A stretch of DNA of 64,000 nt from the NCBI GenBank assembly GCA_030429235.1, contig JAUIDB010000010.1:13334-77333 (forward strand), read 5' to 3'. The notes beneath the pieces are model-generated. The model was not told where the DNA came from and made no database searches. It saw only the letters and a program-made list of their open reading frames with translations. The stretch's first letter is position 1. Each line of letters opens with the position of its first letter. Of this stretch, positions 17,867-27,060 are shown piece by piece. A program made the position numbers and the translations under genes. Source of the DNA: Thermoanaerobaculia bacterium. Lineage in GTDB: Bacteria; Acidobacteriota; Thermoanaerobaculia; Multivoradales; JAIOJS01.

Positions 17867-18415
17867 CTATTCGAACTCGAGATCCCGTCCCGGGAGGGGG
17901 GGCGGCGTCTCGTCCACTCGTTCGAGATCCTGGAACTCGGGGCTGGTGACGATGGTCTCCAGGTGTTCGACGAGCTGGTGGAGTCGTTCCTTCCGCAAGG
18001 CACGACCGCTCGCTGAGTCCGAGGGGTTGGGGGCCGCGGCTCGGAGTCCTTCCTCGGCTTGCTGCACCACCGAGGACCCTTCGGGCCAGCGACGGCTGGT
18101 CACCAACACGGAGAGGTCCTCGATGCGACGCGACAGCCGTTCGAGTTCGTCCTGAGTGGCGGACTGGCCCATGAGTTCCTGCAGTTTCTGCTCCTCCCAC
18201 TCGCGGCCACCGATACCGAAGATGCCAAAGACCTGGACGGTGTGGCTCAAAAACCCGATGCCCCAGCCCAGGAGCGGGAAGATGAACCACCACTCGCCGG
18301 GGGAGACGAGAAGATTCATAGTGAACAGCGCGGCGTTGACCCCCACGTAGGAGGTCAGGTGGCCGTAGTAGTCCCGCAGCTCTTTGACCCGCTTGCGGGC
18401 CTGGGCTTCGTTCAT
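17867..18415 (-). CDS. 2TM-domain membrane protein with C-terminal coiled-coil/acidic region
   Basis: N-terminus KRVKELRDYYGHLTSYVGVNAALFTMNLLVSPGEWWFIFPLLGWGIGFLSH matches the characteristic 2TM-domain pattern. Confidence 0.7.
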   Translation of the reverse strand: MNEAQARKRVKELRDYYGHLTSYVGVNAALFTMNLLVSPGEWWFIFPLLGWGIGFLSHTVQVFGIFGIGGREWEEQKLQELMGQSATQDELERLSRRIEDLSVLVTSRRWPEGSSVVQQAEEGLRAAAPNPSDSASGRALRKERLHQLVEHLETIVTSPEFQDLERVDETPPPLPGRDLEFE

Positions 18416-18578
18416 GGGGTAAGCCTACTACGTTCGCTCCGGGGCGTGGGGCTTCGTAACCGACCCTCGACTCGTACGTCCAAGGATCTGCGGTGCCGGC
18501 TTGCGAAGTCGTTCAGCCCAGTGTGGGTAGGAGCATCGCTCCCGAAGCGCTCACCTCGAGAGTTGGAGAATCAGCGTC

Positions 18579-19793
18579 ATGAACCGAAACCGAGTCCTTC
18601 GGCGATCCCTTGGCGTCAGCCTTGCCTGGTGCATCGCGGCGCTGTCGGTGGCGGCTGGCTCGAGCACAGCTCCCGACCCGCCGATCGCCCTGGGGGTCGA
18701 GAAGACGCTCGACTCCGACCGGCTGGGACACGTTCGTCGGGTCTTCGTCTCCCTACCGTCCGACTATGCCAAGGGGGAGGAGCGGTATCCGGTGCTCTAT
18801 CTGTTGGACGGCGACCGACTCTTCGAGTCGACGGCGGCGGCCGCTCGGTTCCTGGCTTCGGCCGGCGCGATCCCTCCCCTCATCGTGGTCGGAGTGGCCA
18901 ACGATGTCGACCGCGGCTACTACCTCACTCCGCCCTTCGATCGTTGGCTTTCCCGCAGTGGGGGCGCCGACGAGTTTCTGGGGTTTCTCGAGACCGAGCT
19001 GATCCCCTGGGTCGACTCCGAGTATCGGACGGCGCCGCATCGCACCCTCGCCGGTTCGTCGTTCGGCGGCATCTTCGTGCTGCATGCGCTGTACTCGAAG
19101 CCGGACCTCTTCCACGCCTACCTCGCCGCCAGTCCGAGCCTGCACATGGGGGAGGGATCGCTGGTCGACGCGGCGGCGTCGAGACTCGATCGCGGGCTGC
19201 CGACTTCGCGCTTTCTGTTTCTGAGCCTGGCCGACGAACGCAACGAACTGGTTTGGGGCCAGGAGATGCGGACCCACTTCGACCGGTTGGTCGAGCTACT
19301 GAACTATCGCCACCGATCCGCGGGGCTGCGGTTCGAGGCGCGGCAGTATCCCGACGAGACCCACTCCACGGTGAAACTGCGCGCCTTCTCGGACGGGCTG
19401 CGCAGCCTCTTCTGGCAGTGGCCCATCCCCGAGTTTCGCTCCCGCCGTGGCTTGTCCGGTCTCGAGGAACACTTTCGTGAACTGTCGAAGGAACTGGGGT
19501 TCGAGTTGGGGATTCCGGTGGTGGCCTTCGTCGACCTCGGGTCTCGGGCCCTCGATCGCGACGAGGCCGACCAGGCGGTCGAGTTGTTCCGCCTGGCTAC
19601 CGAGCGGTTCGCGGAGTCACCGATCCTCTGGCACGGCCTGGCGGAGTCGCTGGAGAAGGTCGGTGAGGGTGACTCGGCGCTCGAAGCCATGGCCCGAGCC
19701 GTGGACACGGCGCAGAGATCGGACGATCCCGACCTGGAGCGGTACCGCCGCCGCCTTCAGGCGATGGAGCAGCGACTGGGCGTCGAGCCCTGA
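18579..19793 (+). CDS. Secreted alpha/beta hydrolase (putative-esterase family) with C-terminal TPR-like helical region
   Basis: Signal peptide. Motifs RYPVLYLLDGD and AGSSFGG (GxSxG). It is a paralog of 16833..17822. The C-terminal ~110 aa are helical repeats. Confidence 0.8.
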   Translation: MNRNRVLRRSLGVSLAWCIAALSVAAGSSTAPDPPIALGVEKTLDSDRLGHVRRVFVSLPSDYAKGEERYPVLYLLDGDRLFESTAAAARFLASAGAIPPLIVVGVANDVDRGYYLTPPFDRWLSRSGGADEFLGFLETELIPWVDSEYRTAPHRTLAGSSFGGIFVLHALYSKPDLFHAYLAASPSLHMGEGSLVDAAASRLDRGLPTSRFLFLSLADERNELVWGQEMRTHFDRLVELLNYRHRSAGLRFEARQYPDETHSTVKLRAFSDGLRSLFWQWPIPEFRSRRGLSGLEEHFRELSKELGFELGIPVVAFVDLGSRALDRDEADQAVELFRLATERFAESPILWHGLAESLEKVGEGDSALEAMARAVDTAQRSDDPDLERYRRRLQAMEQRLGVEP

Positions 19794-19914
19794 TTCCTCG
19801 ACCGATCGGCCCCACCGACCGGGATCCTCACCGCCGCTAGGGATTCAGGAACGACGCCGAGCCGAGCGCCCGCGGAGGGATCTCGACGAGCTGCCAGCCC
19901 GCTCGGCGACGACC

Positions 19915-20646
19915 TCAGCCGGCCGGCTCGGGCAGCGTCAGCACAGGCGCGCCCGCGGCGTCGAGGAACTCGAGGCGGGGTCCGGCTTCGTCGACTAGAA
20001 GCCGCAGTCGCGGTTGTCCTGCTTCGTCTCGCATCTCGACCTGGGCCACCTGGTCGCGGCTGCCGACGAACAGTCGCTCGACTCCGATCTTCTCTCGCAT
20101 CGTCGCCATCTCGGCCCGCAGCCGTTCCCGCTCCGCTTCGTCCTCGCTCTCCATCCGCCGTAGGCCGAGGTCGAGGAAGTCGCCGAAGAAGAGGTCGCTG
20201 GGACGGTCCCAGACTCTGAGGCCCGCGCGGCGGGTCTGGCCGTTGTCGAGGTACTGGATTGCCACCACCTGGTTCTGGCGCCACTGATCGAAGGAGAGAT
20301 GGCCTCCCGCCCAGTATCCGTCCTCTTTGGGGATGCCATTGAAGACGAGGCCTCCCACCTCGTCGCCCTCTTCGTTGAAGAAGATCATGCCCGACAGCAG
20401 ATTGCGGCCGTCGCCGAAGGCCGCCGGATACTCCTTGCCCCCGAAGGTCGGGCCCGGGATATGCCGCTGGTTGGCCAGGGCGAGGACCGGTGCCCCGTTG
20501 ACCCCGACGATGTCGATGCGCTCGGCGCTGATGCGCGTGGTGTCGAGGTGGTCACGGGCCGCCGCCCGATCGAGGAGCAGGTAGCCGAGGGCGATCCAGG
20601 TCACCAACTGGCTCGTGACGAGGGCGAAGAGAACAGTGCGCTGCAT
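19915..20646 (-). CDS. Membrane-anchored hypothetical protein
   Basis: Start re-set to MQRTVLFALVTSQLVTWIALGYLLL (ATG 20646). Coding-like composition; no family recognised. Confidence 0.55.
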   Translation of the reverse strand: MQRTVLFALVTSQLVTWIALGYLLLDRAAARDHLDTTRISAERIDIVGVNGAPVLALANQRHIPGPTFGGKEYPAAFGDGRNLLSGMIFFNEEGDEVGGLVFNGIPKEDGYWAGGHLSFDQWRQNQVVAIQYLDNGQTRRAGLRVWDRPSDLFFGDFLDLGLRRMESEDEAERERLRAEMATMREKIGVERLFVGSRDQVAQVEMRDEAGQPRLRLLVDEAGPRLEFLDAAGAPVLTLPEPAG

Positions 20647-21039
20647 GCGAATCTCCAAGGGAATGGGGCGGAGGTAGAAACAGGGACTGGGAGGCGCTCC
20701 TGACGTCGCGAGGCAGCCTTCGACTCGGCCAAGGGTCCGGGGCGAACCTGTCGAGGTGCGGAGCGGAGACCCACGATCGTCGGGACGAGGCGCGAGGTTA
20801 CCTGATGTGAGGGCACTCTCGAGGCACCTGGCGCGAGTGGTTGGGGTCGACCGGTTTCCTGCTCCCGTTCTCGGGTGAGGCAAGGGTTCTCGACGGCCTC
20901 GTGTGAATCCAGGGAGGCCACACAGTCTGTGTCGAGCCCTGGGTCAAGTGGCTCTCGATTGAGTCTTGATCCTCACCCTACGTCAGGGACTACCGTCGGA
21001 TCTCCATCGATGTTCTGCAAAGGAAGGGACTTCCAATGA

Positions 21040-21429
21040 GTGAGAATGGCAAACCCCGAATCGACTCCGTTGAGGCAACGTTTCCTCTCTCTGTTCGAGG
21101 CTTTCGCTTGGACTCTGACCCTGGTGGTCCTGCTCCAGTTCATGGCCTGGCATCAGTCCGCGTTGGAACACACCATCTCGCAGCGCGCGATGGCCCTCCT
21201 CAAGATTGGCGGAGCCGACACCGTCGAGTTCGGCCTTGATTGTCTTCCTGGTCCTGCGGTTTCGCAGGAGGGGTATTCCCCGGAGCAACGAGTCGAGACG
21301 AGTGCAGAGTGCGACCCTCGACATCGGTCCGTCCGACTAGACTACGAGGCCATGGGCAGAGAGAGCCGAGGTCTCCAGCGGAGGTCCGAACCCACCAAGG
21401 ATCTGAAGCAGGTTCCAAGCTGGTCATGA
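21040..21429 (+). CDS. Hypothetical small membrane protein (weak call)
   Basis: One hydrophobic helix (AFAWTLTLVVLLQFMAW). It lies in a lower-GC intergenic-like stretch, with no recognisable family and no clear RBS. Confidence 0.25.
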   Translation: MRMANPESTPLRQRFLSLFEAFAWTLTLVVLLQFMAWHQSALEHTISQRAMALLKIGGADTVEFGLDCLPGPAVSQEGYSPEQRVETSAECDPRHRSVRLDYEAMGRESRGLQRRSEPTKDLKQVPSWS

Positions 21430-21447
21430 CGATCTTTCCGGCATCGG

Positions 21448-23745
21448 TTGTCCGTGCTTTCTTGCGTTCCGAAGACTGGTTTCGAAGCAGCAGCGAGTGG
21501 ATCGACCGGCCATGAGTTCAGCGCTAGTTCACTTCGGCCGTCGACCGACCCGGTACGGATTCTCGGTTTGACGCTCGGAAACAAGGGGGCCGACTGGCTG
21601 CGCCATGGGGTGGTCTTGTGGCTCGTGTCGTTGGCACTAGGCTGCAGCTCCGAGGCACCCTGGAACGTCTTGCTGGTGACTCTCGACACCACCAGGGCGG
21701 ACTTCCTCGGCTGCTACGGCAAGACCTCCGCGCAGACTCCCGTTCTCGACCAACTGGCCGAAAGGGGGACTCTCTTCGAGAGCGCCTATACCTCGAATCC
21801 GGTAACCCAAGCCGCGCACTCGACCATTCTCACCGGGGTCTACCCCATGGTTCACGGAGTGCGAGACAACATTCTCTTTCGCCTTCCCGAGGAGATGACG
21901 ACCCTCGCTGAGCATCTTCGGGTCGCTGGCTACGCGACCGGTGCCGCGGTCGGTGGCTTTCCCTTGACGCGGGAGTTCGGGACCGCACAGGGTTTCGACT
22001 TCTATGACGACGACTTGACCCATGGCCGCACAGATTTCCGGGGCCGGCCGATTCCGGATCGGCTCGCTACTTGGTACGACGAGCGTCCCGCGCCGCAGGT
22101 CAACGATGCGATTCTCAGCTGGCTCCGCGAAGATCGGTCGGTTCCATTCTTCGCCTGGGTGCACTATTGGGATCCGCACGAACCCCACATCGCTCCGTCG
22201 CCCTTCAGAGAACTGTTCATCGACGATCCCTACCAGGCCGAAATCGCCTACGCCGATCAAAGCCTGGGTGCACTACTCGACGCTCTGGAGCGTGCTGGCG
22301 AACGGCACCGCACTCTCGTCGTGGTGACCGCAGACCACGGCGAGGGACGGGGCGAACACCGCGAGAGCACACACGCGTTTCTTGCGTACGATGCCACGCT
22401 CCGCGTGCCGTTGATTGTCAGCGCGCCCGATCAAGCGCAGAACCGGAGGATTGCGGAACGCGTCGGCACGGTCGACATCGTGCCGACCATCCTGGATCTT
22501 CTCGATCTACCGTCCAGTGACCAGCTTCAGGGACGATCTCTGGCGCCGCTGATGCGCCAGCCTGCTGCCTCCGACAGTGTGGCGACCCCGCGCCATCGCA
22601 CTCCCTACTACAGTGAGAGTCTGTCGCCCCGGCTCTCTCATGGACTCGGAGAGCTTCGAGCCCTGTTCCTAGGTCCTTGGAAGTACGTCCACGGGCCTCG
22701 ACCGGAGCTGTTTCATCTGGGTCGCGACCCCGGCGAGCTTCGTGACCTCATCACGGTCGAGACAGCCCAAGCCGAATCGATGAGATCCCAGTTGCAGGAG
22801 TTCCTGCACGCAAGGAAGAGCAAAGAGGTGACGAAGGCCTTGCATGACATCGATGAAGAAACGCGGCAGAGATTGGCAGCCCTGGGCTACCTCGCCTCCA
22901 TGCCGGGTACCGGCGAGCAGGTCGACGAGATCCTGCGCTCTGATGGCGAAGCTCCCCAGGACCGTGTGGGCGACATCAACCTCCAGAGCCGTTTGAGAAG
23001 ACAGCTCGGAGTGCGACACTTCGCTGCCGCGGAGCGCACGGCTCGATCGCTGTTGATGGCCGCGCCCGAGAACACCTTCTACCTGAAGTCCCTCGTGGCG
23101 GCGCAACTCGGGCTCGACAAACCTGAGGAGGCGGCCCGCGAGCTGCTCGCCGTGACGCCGTCGGCTGCGCTTGGCCCTCAGTTCCTAGCAGTTGGCCAAG
23201 CTCTCTTCGACTCTGGCGCGGAGGTTCGAGGCCTCGAGCTGATTCGGCGAGGCATCGAAGCTGGAGACGTGGCCAACGGCGAAGCGCAGCTGGCCAGGCT
23301 GCTGCTTGCGTCCGACGACATCGAGGGATTCCAGCAAGCCACGAAGCGGGCTCTCGAGGCCGATCCGGAGCATCGAGGATCCCGTCTGGAACGGGCTCGC
23401 TACTACCTGGCGACCGACCGACTGCGTGAAGCAGAAAGCGATCTGCTGCGGCTCTTGCGCGCGAACCCTATCGACCCCGAAGTGCATCTGGAGTACGCGG
23501 GTCTGCTCCGTAGGGAAGGGCAGTCCGAGGCAGCGGAAAGGCGCTTGCTGCGCGTCCTGCGACTCGCACCGCACTGGTGTGACCCCTACCTGGAGCTGAT
23601 CCGGTTGCATCGAGAAGCCCTCCGGCCAGCGGAGGCTTCCGAGGTCTTGGGACGGATGCGCACACACTGCACCGACGCAAGCCAACTTTCCCATGCCGCC
23701 ACTCTTGCCGTGGCGATGGACACAGCTGGAGGATACCGCCCGTGA
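21448..23745 (+). CDS. Sulfatase-fold (alkaline-phosphatase superfamily) lipoprotein with C-terminal TPR domain; Thr replaces the formylglycine residue
   Basis: Lipobox LVSLALGCSS. NVLLVTLDTTRADFLGCYG. The active-site region reads VTQAAHSTILTG where type I sulfatases have C/S-x-P-x-R-xxxLTG. TADHGE is present. About 300 aa of TPR-like repeats follow. The exact start is uncertain. Confidence 0.8.
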   Translation: MSVLSCVPKTGFEAAASGSTGHEFSASSLRPSTDPVRILGLTLGNKGADWLRHGVVLWLVSLALGCSSEAPWNVLLVTLDTTRADFLGCYGKTSAQTPVLDQLAERGTLFESAYTSNPVTQAAHSTILTGVYPMVHGVRDNILFRLPEEMTTLAEHLRVAGYATGAAVGGFPLTREFGTAQGFDFYDDDLTHGRTDFRGRPIPDRLATWYDERPAPQVNDAILSWLREDRSVPFFAWVHYWDPHEPHIAPSPFRELFIDDPYQAEIAYADQSLGALLDALERAGERHRTLVVVTADHGEGRGEHRESTHAFLAYDATLRVPLIVSAPDQAQNRRIAERVGTVDIVPTILDLLDLPSSDQLQGRSLAPLMRQPAASDSVATPRHRTPYYSESLSPRLSHGLGELRALFLGPWKYVHGPRPELFHLGRDPGELRDLITVETAQAESMRSQLQEFLHARKSKEVTKALHDIDEETRQRLAALGYLASMPGTGEQVDEILRSDGEAPQDRVGDINLQSRLRRQLGVRHFAAAERTARSLLMAAPENTFYLKSLVAAQLGLDKPEEAARELLAVTPSAALGPQFLAVGQALFDSGAEVRGLELIRRGIEAGDVANGEAQLARLLLASDDIEGFQQATKRALEADPEHRGSRLERARYYLATDRLREAESDLLRLLRANPIDPEVHLEYAGLLRREGQSEAAERRLLRVLRLAPHWCDPYLELIRLHREALRPAEASEVLGRMRTHCTDASQLSHAATLAVAMDTAGGYRP

Positions 23746-25496
23746 TGATACTGCTCAGCCGTCGACTGAGGGCTGTCCCTTCCATCCTCTTCCTACTCGC
23801 TGTCGTGTCGCTCGCCTGCGCCAGCAACGACTCGTCCTCGCCGATCGACCCGGCCCGAGCTGGTGTCGTGGCTTCCTGGGACAGCGGGAGCCTTGGGCTC
23901 GAGGAGATCGAACAGGCACTCTCGACTTCGGTCCTCGAAACCTGCCGCAAGGCTCGCCGCCAGGGCGGACTGGAGAACCTGATTCCCTGCTATCGAGAGT
24001 TGTCCGAGGCTCTGGTGCTGGAACGTCTGGTGCTGGCCGATGTCGCCGACCTCGCGGAGGCAACGCGGAGGGTAGAGGGTTTTGGGCAGTTGGAACGGGA
24101 AGCTCTTCTAGGGTTGTTCCTGAGCCAGGTGCGAACTGAGATCTCGATCGAACCCGCTGAGATCGAGCGCCACTTCGAGGCCGACCCGGAACGGTTCCGC
24201 CAGCCTAGAGCTGTCGAGTTGTCGACGCTCTTTCGTCGCCACGAGAATCCGAGTCAGCCCGAGGCGACTCTCGCCTATCTCGAGGATCTCAAGCGGCGCT
24301 TCGAGGCAGGCGCTTCCTTTTCGGCACTCTCTCGGTCGCATTCGCATTCCGAGACCCGCTCTCGCGGCGGCGAGGTCGGTAGCGTTTCCGAGTTCGACCT
24401 ACCACCCCGGCTCGCTCAGGTCGCCTTCTCACTGGAGGTTGGCGAAGTCAGCGACCCAGTTCTGGTGAGAAACGGTGCGATTCTCTTGCACGTTCGCGGG
24501 GCGCGGGCAGCGGTCGAGCCCAGTCTGTCCAGTGCCGAGCTAGAGATCCGCCGCGAACTCCTACGCGAGCGGATCCGGTCGATCGTGTCAGAGCACACAA
24601 AGGACCTGACGCCGCCCGCTGGCTCGACCGTCCTCACCTCAGGGGAGCTCTCGACCGCGGTCGAGGCGGGCGTTCCAGATCGGATGGTTCTCGAGGTCGA
24701 AGGGGATTCCCTCGATCTCGCGGCGTTGCATCGACTGGCTGGGATCGGCAATCCCGGTCGGGCGCTGACCGAGGCCCAGTTCGGTCAACTCGAAGCTGAG
24801 TACCGGCACCAGATCGAGCGCCGACTCCTCGGTCTGGAACTCGTTCGGTCCCCGCCACCCGATCTCTCGGAAGCGGCTTTCGAGCGGGTACGGCGGAACG
24901 CGATTGATCGGCTCGTCGATGATCGAGTGCAAGAGGCCCTCGACCTTCGGCTCGACGAGACCGTCCTCCAGGAGTACTACGCGGACAATCGTCTGCACTA
25001 TCAGAGCCCGCTGCGGCTCGAGTTGCGGCTGTGGAGCCTGCCTTTCGGCGACGATCCACCCGCACAGCTTCGTCAGATGGAGCAGTTCCGAGCCGACCTG
25101 ATCGGTCACCGGAGGACGCTCGACGAAGCGGTCCAACGACTGGGAGGGGTCGTTCGAGAACTAGGCTGGAGGACCATCCAGGAACTACCGAGCGACATAC
25201 CGCCCAAAGCCCGAACCTATCTGGCCGAGGCTGCCTCCACGGGGTACTCCGTTCCCTACCAACAGGCCGAGGAACTCCACCTGTTCGTCATCGATGCGCG
25301 GCAGGATCCCCTGCCGCTTCCCTACGGGGAGGTCAAGGAAGAGGTGCGGTCGGACTATCTGAGGCGATTCCACCATCAGCTCTATCGAGAGATGCTGGAC
25401 GAGCGCCTGGCGGCCAGATCCTTCCAGTTCCACGAAACAGCCCTCCATGACCTACTGATTCCGAGCGGCGACCGCGATCCAACTGCGGTGCGGTAG
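23742..25496 (+). CDS. SurA/PpiD-like periplasmic chaperone lipoprotein with parvulin-type PPIase domain
   Basis: Lipobox VVSLACAS. Parvulin-like segment RAVELSTLFRRHE...FSALSRSHSHSETRSRGGEVGSVSEFDLPPRLAQVAFSLEVGEVSDPV. The start (GTG 23742 or ATG 23745) overlaps the upstream TGA, and GGAGGA lies at 23728. Confidence 0.75.
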   Translation: MMILLSRRLRAVPSILFLLAVVSLACASNDSSSPIDPARAGVVASWDSGSLGLEEIEQALSTSVLETCRKARRQGGLENLIPCYRELSEALVLERLVLADVADLAEATRRVEGFGQLEREALLGLFLSQVRTEISIEPAEIERHFEADPERFRQPRAVELSTLFRRHENPSQPEATLAYLEDLKRRFEAGASFSALSRSHSHSETRSRGGEVGSVSEFDLPPRLAQVAFSLEVGEVSDPVLVRNGAILLHVRGARAAVEPSLSSAELEIRRELLRERIRSIVSEHTKDLTPPAGSTVLTSGELSTAVEAGVPDRMVLEVEGDSLDLAALHRLAGIGNPGRALTEAQFGQLEAEYRHQIERRLLGLELVRSPPPDLSEAAFERVRRNAIDRLVDDRVQEALDLRLDETVLQEYYADNRLHYQSPLRLELRLWSLPFGDDPPAQLRQMEQFRADLIGHRRTLDEAVQRLGGVVRELGWRTIQELPSDIPPKARTYLAEAASTGYSVPYQQAEELHLFVIDARQDPLPLPYGEVKEEVRSDYLRRFHHQLYREMLDERLAARSFQFHETALHDLLIPSGDRDPTAVR

Positions 25497-25766
25497 GAGC
25501 GTGGGTCCCGCGGCACTGGCACGAAAGCCTGCGAGCTCTCGATCGAAGGGTTTGGACGAGGGGTCGTGTCTCGAGAGTGACTCTCGCCGGAGGTCGGAGT
25601 CCACCCCACAACCGGAAGGCGCGAAGGAAGCAGTCGCCATCCGAGGCGGCGGCATGCGACATGCTAGACTGCAGAAGCGTCCTACACAGGCAAGAGCGTC
25701 CGAGTTCAATGGCCATGGTCTACAAAAACGAGCCTTCTTGCTCGGCACACACGAGGTGACGAAACA

Positions 25767-26267
25767 ATGGTGACTTCCCGAGCGAGGCTGCTGGCCTGCA
25801 TCGCCGGCGGCATTCTGATCTTGATGGCTGGTGTCGACCCCGCCCGGGCACAATGCAATACCACCGGGAATCCGAACATGACCACGTTCCCGACCGGCCC
25901 CACCATCGTGATCACCAAGTACCTAACGGCGGCCACGACCTGTACGGGGACCGTGAGCACTGCCCTCGCCTGCTACCCATCGAATGGAGAGGTGGTCACC
26001 GGGTTGACGTTTCTGGTTGCGAGTGCGCTGACGGCAACAGTCAACCCTGTTTGTCAGTGGAACTGTGGCTGTGGCACCGTCACCACGGACACGGGAGACG
26101 GTCTGCCGGTGGAACTGATGGACTTCGAGATCGAAGCTTCGTCCCAAGCGGCTGGCATGCCAGTCGAGGAGACTCCGGCCAGAGCGGCTCCACTCGCTTC
26201 GAGTACCAGAGCCTCGAGCGCCGACTCCAACGCGCCGGTGTATCGACCAGAACCTCAGCCACTCTGA
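25767..26267 (+). CDS. Small secreted Thr/Cys-rich protein containing a PVELMDFEIE motif
   Basis: Signal peptide with cleavage-like site ARA|QC. Seven Cys in the mature part. GAGGTG lies 9 nt upstream of the ATG. No family recognised. Confidence 0.5.
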   Translation: MVTSRARLLACIAGGILILMAGVDPARAQCNTTGNPNMTTFPTGPTIVITKYLTAATTCTGTVSTALACYPSNGEVVTGLTFLVASALTATVNPVCQWNCGCGTVTTDTGDGLPVELMDFEIEASSQAAGMPVEETPARAAPLASSTRASSADSNAPVYRPEPQPL

Positions 26268-26571
26268 GAGAAGGACACTCGATCTCGAGAAGGCTTTGGG
26301 AACCGAGGTGTCGAGGTATCGGGGCTGCCTAGACTAGTGTTCTAGGGGATTCCGGAATGCCGATGTTGATGGTTGTGGTTCTGAATGAAGATCCGTGCCC
26401 ACTGGTGTCGATGGTCGAGATCACGGAGCCTACCGAGCACGCCACGGTGGAGTAATCTGGCTTCTTTGAAGTGACTCTCGGAGAAGGGGTTGCCGTCCGA
26501 GGGGTGTGGACTCGATGTTCGCTCACTGAGCAGGTGCGTGCGTTGTCGGGTCCGCTGGCGTTTCTAGGGTC

Positions 26572-27060
26572 ATGGGACAGCCATTGCAGTTGCTTGAACA
26601 CGCAATCGTTGAGCTGCGTCTCGTCGTGGTCTGGAGGCGGATTCCCTGGGCCTCTTGGGCCTTGACTCTGGCGACCCTTTTCGCGCTCTGGCCCCTCGTG
26701 GCGGCTCACAGCTCGAATCTCGGCGCCCCACCTAGCGATCGGGTTCGTCAGCTCCCAGACTCCACCATGGAAGCCGCGATCCAGGCCGGTTGTGGCTCGG
26801 CGGCCCCGTTGGAGTTCCGTCAGTCCCCGGGGTCGAAACCCGAGGTCACAGGGCCGCTCCTGCTCGCTGAGGGCCCCGAGCCGGTGCCCCGAGGCGTCAT
26901 CCTACTTCCTTGTCGGCGGGTTCCCCTTGACGGCCGCGGTCGGGGCTTCCATCGAGCCCATGGTGGAGGAGGCTCGTACCTGACCGACTCAGAGGTCTTC
27001 TCGTTGACGATGGTTCTTGAGGAACCGTGGTCGATTACTCAGGGCCAGGAGTCAGAGTAG
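26572..27060 (+). CDS. Hypothetical protein (weak), in frame with the next ORF and separated from it only by a TAG
   Basis: One TM-like segment (WASWALTLATLFALWPLVAA). No RBS seen. It stops at 27058-27060, immediately before GTG 27061 in the same frame. Confidence 0.25.
   Translation: MGQPLQLLEHAIVELRLVVVWRRIPWASWALTLATLFALWPLVAAHSSNLGAPPSDRVRQLPDSTMEAAIQAGCGSAAPLEFRQSPGSKPEVTGPLLLAEGPEPVPRGVILLPCRRVPLDGRGRGFHRAHGGGGSYLTDSEVFSLTMVLEEPWSITQGQESE

Noticed and set aside
16833-18293. N-terminal extensions of track ORFs. Examples: 16833..18293, 19915..20883, 32143..32829, 32897..33403, 35826..37448, 38885..40411, 42413..43120, 43236..43904, 44000..45529, 45384..46274, 61134..62315, 7575..10577.
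   Set aside because: The extensions are Arg/Pro-rich, overlap neighbouring genes or intergenic regulatory regions, and precede an internal ATG/GTG. That internal start is followed by a signal peptide or conserved N-terminus, usually with a Shine-Dalgarno-like GGAG/GAGG. I used the internal starts.
21040-21429. Idea that 21040..21429 is the N-terminal fragment of an exosortase-like enzyme that could process the FADGFESGD tails.
   Set aside because: The resemblance is limited to one TM helix and a vague L-x-x-G-G pattern. No conserved Cys/Arg/His catalytic motifs are present, no continuation exists in other frames, and the tails lack the TM-plus-basic anchor that exosortase substrates have.
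25517-25532. Sigma-54-like motif TGGCACGAAAGCCTGC upstream of the small secreted protein gene 25767.
   Set aside because: The -24 hexamer is perfect, but the -12 element is CTGC and is offset by one nucleotite-equivalent position (one nucleotide). This is likely a chance match.
26573-26588. Sigma-54-like motif TGGGACAGCCATTGCA.
   Set aside because: The spacing is correct, but the conserved C of TGGC is G. It overlaps the start of a possible ORF, and the nearest solid downstream gene is ~470 nt away. It is mentioned only under the TAG-junction finding.
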